A stretch of 63,886 nt of DNA from Octopus bimaculoides. Lineage: Eukaryota. The position numbers and the translations under genes are program-made. The stretch is from the NCBI RefSeq assembly GCF_001194135.2, contig NC_068990.1, forward strand, positions 7,238,742 through 7,302,627, given 5' to 3'. The notes under the pieces are model-generated. The model made no database searches. It worked only from the letters and a program-made list of their open reading frames with translations, and was not told the DNA's origin. This document shows positions 40,401-52,100 of this stretch, in pieces. The stretch's first letter is position 1. Every line of letters starts with the position of its first letter.

Positions 40401-43400
40401 CAAATTTGCACTCTGCTCTTTATCAAAGTGCATTACTCTGTTTCATTCATCAGCTGACAATAGATACCTTTCTGAGTTCACAACTGAGTTGATTCAAGTA
40501 CAAGTATGCACCAATCTGCAAAACCACAGAACCCTAGAATATTCTCAAGTATTGAACCTGGAAAAGTACAGAACAAGCAGTCATTAAGCCTGGAAAAGTA
40601 CATGACCTTAAAAGAAAAAAAACAACTTAAAATATTGCTTCTGAAGTTAGAATATTAAAACTAAAATAGTAATAAATGCCCTTTTATATTTTAGTTTTAC
40701 TTAAAAGTCTGAATTAAAATGCTCTAGAAGCTGTTTATTTTCAATTTTAGTGAAAAGATTAATTGCCTGCAAGTTTACGCATTAAAAATTTGATAATACA
40801 AATTTATATATTTAAAAAATCACTTAATAGCAATTCAGGAAAAATTCACAATTATAACTCCTAATTTTTTTTTTTTTTTAAGGTTAGAATCATTTTAACA
40901 TTTTGTACTCAGTTTGTTCATTAGCATTAATTGTTTTAAAATATTTTTCTAACTTTAAATAGTTTGTTATCTGACAATGCAAACTTTAAAGAAATTAATA
41001 CTTTTGTTGCTTTAAAACATTTTTTTTTACTATTTTCTACTCTTTTAATTTACATATACTCTACATGAATTTAATTTTATAACACAAAATCTATAGTTTA
41101 AAATTTTTGGATAAGGAGTTTTGTTAAGAAAAGAAAATTGAAAAAAAAAATGTAATACTAAAAATAAGGCAGAAATGTTATAATTTAATACAAAAAAGTT
41201 TTAAGTCAAAAATACAAAAATATTAACTCAAATTTTAAAAATTTGCAATGAATAGCAAAGAAAAAAAAAAACAAAAAAAAACAGTGTACACACTATCTGA
41301 TGAACAATTTCAGATATTTATTTATTTAGCAAATTCTAACTTCAGCAGCAATATTTTAAGCTTTTTTTGTTCCTTCTTGTCCTGTATTTTGTCACGTTCA
41401 ATGCTTAAGAATATTCTCGGATTCTGTGCCTGCATTTTCCATTCTAGTCCACTTTCTTTCCAGGCAATGCCTCTGTTATTATAATAAACCATACTTATTT
41501 GTATAATTAAAAGAATGTTACTATAGCAAATATTTTATAGGTACAGATTTTGTTCAAACTTGGAAATGTTGTTTGCTCACAAAAATAACAAAGAATTAAT
41601 AGCAGCATCGATGATAATGATGATATCTGTTACAAATAAACATGTTGTTAAACAATTTTTATTATACAATAATGTTCTATTCTGATTAAATTAATAATTA
41701 GTTATTTTAATGAGGGAATTTTAAAGTTTCTATAGGTTTTTAATACATACATATTTTAATAGATAAACAGAATAATGATAATTGATATGACATTGCAAAG
41801 TATTATAACTTTTTGTATGTCTAATATTGTTAGATGAGGTTTTTTCCAAAATATTAGTCTCAATAAACTCTTTCATTTGAGTTGAAATAATAATTTTTCT
41901 TTTCTTAAAAAGACAAAAATATTTTGATTTCAGCTAAAGCGACACAGCTCTTTTTGTAAGTGATATGGTTTTCACCATAAGACTCTTCTCATGGAGCTCT
42001 TCCATCTGAAGTAAATCTTGAATACAGAATAGCTGTGAAAACAGCTTAGAAGATTGGCTACATACCCTTAAAAAATGGGGAAAACAACTGGCTAGCAAGC
42101 TGTTACAGAGTATTGAACCCTGTACTTCTCAAATTCTTGTTAAGTGCTCAGTACCATTAAGTTAAGTGACACATAACATCAGATATTGTCGTTTATAAGG
42201 TTAGATATCTTAAAATGATAAAAATATTTGTTAAAAGGATTTCCTTTTCGTTGTCACTTAAAGCCACACCACCCTTTTTATAACAAATATTTTTTGATGA
42301 GGCTTTTATCATGAGATTTATCTCATAGAACCTTTTCATTTGGACACAACTATTATATAGTTTCTTTTTCAACAGCTGGGATACTTAGACTCAAAATTGT
42401 TTTATTACTTAAAGCCACACAACTTTTCCCATAACAAATACTTTTTAATGAGGTTTCTCCAAAACTGTGTTCCCAATATGCACATTCTTTTAGACCCAAT
42501 TAATCTATACATTTCTGCTAAAATAAAAGATATTTTGATTTAAAGTCAATTTTTTGCCTTACTCTCCCATTTTTGACCACACATAATTTGACCTAACTTT
42601 GTTTTTTAATGACCCAAATTTCAGTTATTTTATCTCAAATGTAGCTTAGGACTGAACCATCATTGCTAAAAAATGCATTCAATTTGATTGAGAACTGGAT
42701 TATTGATGAAGCCTAGAATTGTTTTCAATTACTAAAAGCTAACCATAAGAATGATACACTACTGTTTTGATAGAAGGCATCATTTTATACTTCATAGTTT
42801 ATATTAATAAAGCAGAATATTCTATATATTGCTTTAAATGTTAATAGTTTATATTAATGGATAGCAGTAAAAATGTAAAATAGCTATGAGTAGAAGTGAG
42901 TTAGTATTGTATCCTGAATATATAAATATGTTTCTAGTACAAGAGGGCTTATCTTATGTTTCATTATGACTAAAGGTAAAATGTATAGACATGCATGCAA
43001 CAAATAAATTATCAAACTTTTTTTTTTTTTGTAGGAAAGACACTTTCCTGAAAGTGTTATTGAAATGGTTCCAACACTCATACCTGCAACCAGAAAGTTA
43101 TGGCAAGATATAAAAGTGAAAATGCTACCAACTCCAGCCAAATTTCATTATGTTTTTAATTTGAGAGATCTCAGTAGAATATGGCAGGTTTGTATGAAAT
43201 AGTCCCGAATTTATATCCTGTATATACGGAGGTAGAACAGTCAAGTAGATGTGGTGGTAATTTACCAGCTCTGAGTTAATGAATTCAAAATCACTGAAAA
43301 CATTTTTATTGTTTCTGGTTAGATGAACTTAATCTACATTTTCGTTATCTGGCCAATAGTTTTTTTTTTCTATGTAAATGGGTTTATCTGTTTTGGTTAT

Positions 43401-46124
43401 CAAACTGACCATCATGTAAAGGAAACATTGGCTTCAAATTTTGGCACAAGGCCAGTAATTTCACGGGAGAAGATAAATTGATTGCATCAACCTCAGTGCT
43501 CAACCCCAGTGCTCAGGGAAAAGCAAAGTCAACCACAGCAGAATTTGAATTCAGAACATAAAGACAAACAAAATGTTGCTAAGCATTTTGCCTGGCATGT
43601 TAACAATTCTGTCAGCTTGCCGCCTTTGGAGAGGAAATATTGAGAGGATATTCTCAATAAAGATGCACTGGTCTGGCTTTACATTGCTCCACATTATAAA
43701 GAACAAATTGTAACAGTGTATTTAGAAGCCTTGACATCAATTTTTGAAGAAGGTGAAGTTTACAGATGGAGCCAAAAACATTAAAAAGATTTGAGCGCGT
43801 GATATTTCAGTTAACTTTTTATTATGTTGGTAATCTGTTTAGCTATTTTATTTATTCCTGGTTTCTTTGTATGTATGTACAGAATGATAAGGCTGGAGAA
43901 TAAAGGGTCATTTCTTAATGGTTGTTGTTTAACCCCGGATGTTCTTGATGCAGCAGACGTATTAGGAAAGGCATTCCAGATATTTCTAATCTAACCTATT
44001 AATTTTGTATCATCATGCCAAGAAACCATGCCCCACTAAAAAGAAAAGAGTAATTGGAAGGGATAAAACTCAGAATAAAAGCATAGCTACAGGGAAGTGA
44101 TGACTTTTTAGTTTATCAAAGACAATCCCTAAACAGACTCAAATAATCCATTATATGTTGTAATATGGCTGGTGATAGGAATAGCACCAGCCGTAAAAGA
44201 TATACCACAGACATGACATACATAACAAAGATGGCCAGTTTTCTCATTTGCTAAGAGTGTGCCAGACGATGGACTACAGTGAATGGTGAGATACCGTGAG
44301 ATCCATCTAACTTATTCCAACAAAGGAAAATAAGCATAAAATAATGATGATATTGTTGACAACAATGAGAACGGTGTATCTAACACTACATTATTCCAAT
44401 GTGTGTGTGTGTGTGTATGTGTGTTTAAGACATTTGATGGAGTCTTGACAGAAACCTGTCTGCTATTTCTAGCAGATAGAATGTTTGCTCTGGTGATTGT
44501 AATCCTCAACAGATGAATGAATTTATAGTAGCAGTCTGATATGTTTATATGTTTTGTATTTGAGAACTGATTGGTAGGTTGGCTGAAATAATGACTTCCT
44601 TATTATAATAGATCTCTTCTTTACTTGGTTGTATTTTCTGTCTGAATATTTCAGGGCATGTTGAAAAGTGAAGCAGAGGTTATTAACACAGCAGAAGTTC
44701 TTGTTTGTCTTTGGAAACATGAATGCACTAGAGTGTTGGTTGACCGCTTCATCAATGTAGATGATAAGAATTGGTTTGAGAAAGTATGTAAGGAGGTAAT
44801 ACTCATATCATTGATAAGTGATTTGTATACTTTTATTTTATATTATCGATTACAGGTTTCTAGTGAGTTGTCACTGATTCAATAAATGTCCTACAATGAG
44901 ATTACCAAGGGAATCTCTGTATAACTTTGTGGAAAAACAAATATCAAAAGAGGTAATGCAATTTTGGCGGGTAGGAGTGATGCTGCTACCTATGTCTTTT
45001 GCTAATATATATTAGTGAAAAAAAGTGGAGGCGCAATGGCCCAGTGGTTAGGGCAGCCGACTCGCGGTCATAGGATCGCAGTTTCGATTCCCAGACCGGG
45101 CGTTGTGAGTGTTTATTGAGCGAAAACACCTAAAGCCCCATGAGGCTCCCGCAGTGGGTGGTGGTGAACCCTGCTGTACTCTTTCACCACAACTTTCTCT
45201 CACTCTTACTTCCTGTTTCTGTTGTGCCTGTAATTCAAAGGGTCAGCCTTGTCACACTGTGTCATGCTGAATATCCCTGAGAACTACATTGAGGGTACTC
45301 GTGTCTGTGGAGTGCTCAGCCACTTGCACGTTAATTTCACGAGCAGGCTGTTCTGTTGATCGGATCAACTGGAACCCTCGATGTCATTAGCGACGGAGTG
45401 CTAACAATTAGTGAAAAATATACACCGACACATACACATCTGCATCATCATAGTTAACCATCATCATTGTTTTTAAATTCAATTTTCTATGGTGGCATGG
45501 GTTAGACGCATACACACACACACATGCATGCATAGTTTTTGTCTACAAATTTCACTCTCCAAACACTGGTCAGTGCAGGGCTATGGTAACAACACTTGTC
45601 CTAGGTATCACATAGTGGGTTCAAATCCCAAGCCATGTGGTTACAAAACAAATTCTTTAACCATAGAGCTATGCCTGCTATAGAGTTTATTTATTTTAAA
45701 AATACAACTATTAGCTGTTGATTATTGTTTATACATTTGAATAATTTTGCAAGCTCTTTTAGGTTATTTTAATTTATCTAACTGGCTGAAAGTAGATGCC
45801 AGTTCACACTTTCATTCACAGACTTTGTCCACATTGGCAAATGCAGAAGGTAACTATCCAAATGGATATCATATTGTGGTATGAGATCTCAAGAATTGAC
45901 TTTCTGTCCACAGTTGGTGTTTCATTCTGTAATTTGACACTCTTTTACTCTTTTACTTGTTTCAGTCATTTGACTGCGGCCATGCTGGAGCACCGCTTTT
46001 AGTCGAGCAAATCGATCCCAGGACTTATTCTTTGTAAGCCTAGTACTTATTCTATCAGTCTCTTTTGCCGAACCGTTAAGTTACGGGGACGTAAACACAC
46101 CAGCATCGGTTGTCAAGCGATGTT

Positions 46125-46163
<39 letters not shown>

Positions 46164-49100
46164 CATATATACGATGGGCTTCTTTCAATTTCCGGCCACC
46201 AAATCCATTCACAAGGCTTTGGTTGGCCTGAGGCTATAATAGAAGACACTTGCCCAAAGGGCCACGCAGTGGGACTGAACCCGGAACCATGTGGTTGGTA
46301 AGCAAGCTACTTACCACACAGCCACTCCTGCACTGTACACTTCTGTAATTTGATGCTGCACACTTAATTCTTTGTTTGGTTAATGTTGCCATTATTTAAC
46401 ATAGGGAGTATTAAGAAACTAACTTGGAATAGATATGCAGCAAGGAAAAATTAAGCTATCAGTAAAAGACTAATACATTTTCTAACATGTTTTGGTTGCT
46501 ATTCTGACTCCGTCAGCAAAGCATCGACTTCACTGTACTTGCCAAATTAGTAATGAAAGGATCATTTAGAAAACATATTTGATTGTACACACATACTCAA
46601 GGAGGGAAATCAAAGAAAGTGCTAAGAAGTCTCAGTTTCACGAAGTTGGTATAATACTGGACTTGATGGAAAACTGAAAATAATATTTATTCATTGATTC
46701 ATATTGATTTTTCTCAATTTTGGCTAGAGCTAGTCACTATGTATAATACAGCTCGGTTTTCTTAACAGTTCTGTTCTGTCTTTATCTTTCTCTCTCTCTC
46801 TCTCACTCTTTCTTTATATGTGTGGGTATTTTGTCCTATCTCCTCTTCAACTGAAACAACTTACAACTACCCCACTGCCTTAGCTATCAACCTATCCACC
46901 CCTCATTCCCTCTGTTTTCTCTCAAACGCACTTCTACATACCTCAGTACTTCCCCTCCACTGCCAACTCACCATCATTATTTGATTCTGTCCCTTCAACC
47001 CCAACCATTTAGCACTAACTGCTGCCTTGACTATCAACTTACCCTCCACCCCACTTCTGTTCACCTCCCTCCATCTTCTCTCATGTCTTTCTTATATAAA
47101 TTTATGTCCCAGACATCAGCTTAATAATCCTATCTACTATAGGCACAAGGCCTGAAATTTGGGGGGGGGGCAGGAGACTAGCCGATTACACAGACCCAGT
47201 GTTTCACTGGTTCTTAATTTACTGACCCCGAAAGGATGAAAGGCAAAAATTGACCTCGCGGAATTTGAACACATAACGTATTGATGGGCAAAATACAGCA
47301 AAGCACTTCGTTGACCTTGGCGGAATTTGAACTCAGAACGTAAAGACAGACGAAATAGATATCAGCTTAATAATACCACAGTTATTTTACTAAACTCTTC
47401 ATTATTTCCAAAATTTATTGAACCAATAGCAGCATATTTCAACAGAAATATAGTAATAAAAGGATTTCTTTGTTCTGTGAATATTGACATTTTTGTTTGA
47501 GATTAGAAAAGTAAGGAAGTATTCTAACCACTTTTCTTTTTAGTGTGTTGTCTGTTCTGTTTAGGTACAATCAAATAAATACATCTTTGTGAATATTTCA
47601 TTAGGTGGCGAAAGAGTATTTTGGTGCCTCATTGGCTTCATCGATGAAGGCAGAACCTTATTTTGTAAATTTTCTCCGGGATGCGCCAGAAGCCACAGGT
47701 ATGTAATAAGTTACATTTTATTGGCAACATTTTTTATTCAGCGTTTTGCTTTCTGTGTGTCTGATTGATGGTCAATGCAATCTCGGAAGAGGATGTCTCT
47801 GTAGCAAACTCATAAGAGGCGGAGAGAGAACATAAGTTCGTTTGCCCGAACATGAGAAATTATTGATTTCTCATTGGTTAAAAATTACTGCCCATATACG
47901 AATTATGAACTTCGTTGAAGAAATCTTTCATGGGGTTACGGTTCTGTGATTCATGTATGAGTAGTTATAAAAACCCTGATTTTCAGCAAAATCTCCAGTG
48001 ATCATTGGATGCTACTAAAATCCACGACACTCACCCTTTTTGAGTATAGGCTAATATATATGCCATGTTCAATACTCAAATCCGACAATACTGAATTATC
48101 GTGAAGCCTTATAGTTAGAATGAGAAATTAGTTAATATAAAATTTAAGTTGTAAATGCTCTACGACGAAATGATTTGTTTCTAAATTTCTATAAATGTAA
48201 AAAAAATGTATATAATAAATTAATGTAGAAACTTAATTCCTTTTACTTCTCGTTTCTTTCAACTTCTTGAATTTATTTCTGTATATTAATGAAACTGTAT
48301 TTTTTTATGTGTAACGGTCAAAAAATTATAATCTATATCTTCAACATACATGCACGTAATGAACGTACGTTCAGCGTCTTGGTATGTATACATCATAACA
48401 TTTACGCAGCCTAAACTAAGAGTTATGCTTAGTGATAAATACTTATAATCAAGTTATAAGTAACGAGATTATCATTATAGCTTTTAATTAAGAAACAATA
48501 ATATTTGTTATAACTTACGAATGAAAACATTGTAAATAAAGATATCGTATATCTCACACTTCAACGACCTGTTGTGATAAACAACCACATAAAATCTCTA
48601 ACCTTGTTACTGTTATTGAAGAGTGAATTAAAATCAAATAAAAATCTGTGTTGTAAAAGGCTGACCACATACATAAGTATTTATACGAAAACTTTTGCTC
48701 AAATAATTTTTATTCAAATGTCCATCATGCATCCTTAAACACCATCCTCATCTCTGAGATCCTTTATCTAAGTTAAAAATAAATAAGTCTATAAATTAAT
48801 TACTTAGACATCTATTTGAAGAAATATATGTTAGCGACAGAGGCTGTATTAATACTAAGAAGTAATATTTACCCCACTTAAAAATGGATGTTCTGTTATA
48901 AGAAACTTTACTGTGATAGATACCATGGGAGATATAAGTAAAAGTGCATTTTGCACTGAAAGCCAAAATGAGAGTTTCTCTCGTAGTACCTATTGCAGTA
49001 TAGTTTCTTCTAACAGAACATCCATGTTTAAGTGGAGATAAATATCTATTTTAAGGTGACCATGTAAAGCATCTAGAAAGTGCAAAACTACCTCAAGTGA

Positions 49101-52100
49101 CTGATATATTTCAAACTTCATTGGATGTTATATCTTTTTAATTTGCCATAATTAGTGCCACAGAATTGGGGTGAGGTATGTAAGGTATTATAATTAAAGC
49201 AGTATAGTAGGATTTACTATATTGGATATTGGATTATATGACGATAGATGAAGATGTACATATCCACTATAAATATCCTTGTGTTTCTGGGTGGAAATGT
49301 TTCCTTATTCTATATTGACTTAGTTTAATCAACTGACAGGAAAAGATATCATACTATGTTTGTCATGTTTGTATAAGTTTCATACAGTTCTACAGGTGTC
49401 CAGTTGGTGGTTTTTATCATGACTGTTGTAGAAATCAGTTTAGCTGTGGCAAAAAGATAAAATGTATCACAGTGTGATGTTTAGGACAAAGTAGAACACA
49501 AGTAGGTAACACATAAGTTCAACTTGATTAATCAAGATAAGGAGGAGTCTTGTTGCGTATGGACCTAATTCATTTTAGCAATTGGAAACATGATATAAAA
49601 CAGAAGAGGCTGATGATGGTATGTGACTGTTATCTTGACTCTGTTGAAGATCACCAGCTAGTAAAGTATGATTTTGAGAAAGAACACAAGCAATAATAAT
49701 AGTCTTGTGTCTCATTCACGACATTTTGGTTGACAGAAGTGCAGTGAAATTGATGGATATGTATCAACACAACTGCCATGAAATATCTGTCATGATATTT
49801 CCTGTTTGAAACAACATTTGTTATTGAATTTCTCTAGCCAAAGATCAACTCTGATTGATCATGTTGTGCTCTCCTGTCTTTTGTCCATTCTTTATCTGTG
49901 TGATATGATTGGGATTTGGTTGCTATTTCCAGCAAGTTGAACAACCACAGAAAGGCTCCCTCCCTGAATTATGATAGGACATTTTCATATTTCATGGAAC
50001 AAGTAATAGCATATTTCTATTTTCCATACGATACAATTATTATGTTTTTTTTTGTCATGCAGGGGAAGAGGCAGATGATGCAGAGATAGAGGCCCCAAGA
50101 GTATATGAAGAGATTTACTCTTTTCCAGAACTGAACACTCGATTGATAAATTTTATGCATCTATATAATGAAGCTATCAGAGGGGCTAATATGGATCTTG
50201 TCTTTTTTAAGGTGATTCGTTATATTCCAATGTATTTTGTTCTAATTATTTGATAGTCGTTGCTCAGATGTTGTCACTGTGCATTTTTGATTAGCTCTGC
50301 TGTCTCTGAAATAGGACACACATGAATTTGTAAAAAAAGGTTCAATATAAGCTCTTGCCCCACTGATCATCATCATCATAATCATCATTGTTTAACGTCC
50401 GCTTTCAATGCTAGCATGGATTGGACGATTTGACTGAGGACTGGTGAACCAGATGGCTACACCAGGCTCCAATCTGATCTGGCAGAGTTTCTACAGCTGG
50501 ATGCCCTTCTTAACGCCAACCACTCCGAGAGTGTAGCGGGTGCTTTTATGTGCCACCAGCACGATGGCCTGTCAGGCGGTACTGGCAACGGCCACGCTCA
50601 AAATGGTGTATTTTACGTGCCACCTGCACAGAAGCCAGTCCTGCAGCACTGACAACGATCTCGCTCGAATGTCTTTACATGGCAATGATCTCGCTCGAAT
50701 GTCTTTACATTTAAATGGATATCCATGTCAGTAGAAAAAGTAAGAAAAAAAATATGGAACACTTTACGAATTTGCATGTCATCCTTACGCAGGGGCCATG
50801 CTAATCTTGTCTGTATCGCGCCAATTTTAGAATATGTACCGCCGTAGCTGATATGACATTAAAATGTTTCCTAGAAAACTCATTACCAATGGAATGTCTA
50901 CTGATAGCTTGTGCAGTAGACCACATTGGTTGGTGAAGGCTGTAAAAGCTATAACCTTCAATTATCCCAGTCAGTATATTATTAAGAGTGGAACTTTGAA
51001 CTATATAGTATTACTGGAAATTGTAAGAACGGTCTACTTACTTTTACTGGGTTGTTTTAAAAAAGGTTTGCAATTTCTTCCTTAACCCTTTTAATAACAA
51101 CCTGCTCAAAACTGCTTCTGTTTTTACTATACAAACATCTTGATTTAAAAGAAAAATCTAAATTAAAATATTTCGTACGAGTTCGTTTCAAACATCATTT
51201 CAGTTAGTCCAGTAAATTTTTCATTATTTTCAAAATTAATTGAAACAAAGACTATATATTTCAACCGAAATATGATTCTAAAAGAGTAAAATCTTTTTCA
51301 TCTCTTACAACAGGATGCTATGATTCACCTTATTAAAATATCCCGGATTATTTGCACAACTAAAGGACATGCTCTTCTTGTTGGTGTTGGTGGCTCAGGA
51401 AAGCAGAGTCTTACACGACTGGCTTCATTCATTGCTGGGTATACCACTTTCCAAATCACTTTGACCAGGTAAGAGTTTGTTACTTGCTCTACCAATTGCT
51501 ACTTGGGTTATAATTTAACATATCAGCACACCACCCATAATATTTACAGAGGAACAGGAGATGTCATATTCTGGCTGAGTCTGGCAACCACCAAAATCAA
51601 CAGGCATACGAATAAAGTTGGGAAAGTAGAGTTCATTTTCTCAAGATTGTTTCATTGCACCCTATACATATTGGAGTGTAAAGAATGCTCTTCAGCATGA
51701 TGGCTTGGTACATACAGGGCAATAAATTTGTGAACTCATCAAGTTATACTCAAATTACTTCCTCTCAATCACAGCTGAACCGAAACTACTTCACAACAAC
51801 TATTTATCTATTTATCGTGACATAACCTTTTTAGATATAATGAAGTATTTGATTCCATCTATAGCTTCAAGAAAGGTTTGCTGTCATGTAATACCACCGC
51901 CTTTCACTAAATATTTTTCATTGAGAGTAGTTGATGCAATTCACAGTCCTATTAAAAATAATTTCAAACAACTGAAGTCAAATAATTTTCTTTTTTCCAT
52001 TTATATCTTTTTTTTTTATACTAGTGTATCTCTCCATATACCGTTTATACCTTTCTTATTCCCTCTATACCTTTTCGCACTTGACCACAGAACTTCCTTT

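Noticed and set aside
42256-42460. Diverged direct repeat of about 55 bp (cttaaagccacac...ataacaaata)
   Set aside because: Looks like an old local duplication with no termini or function that I could support.
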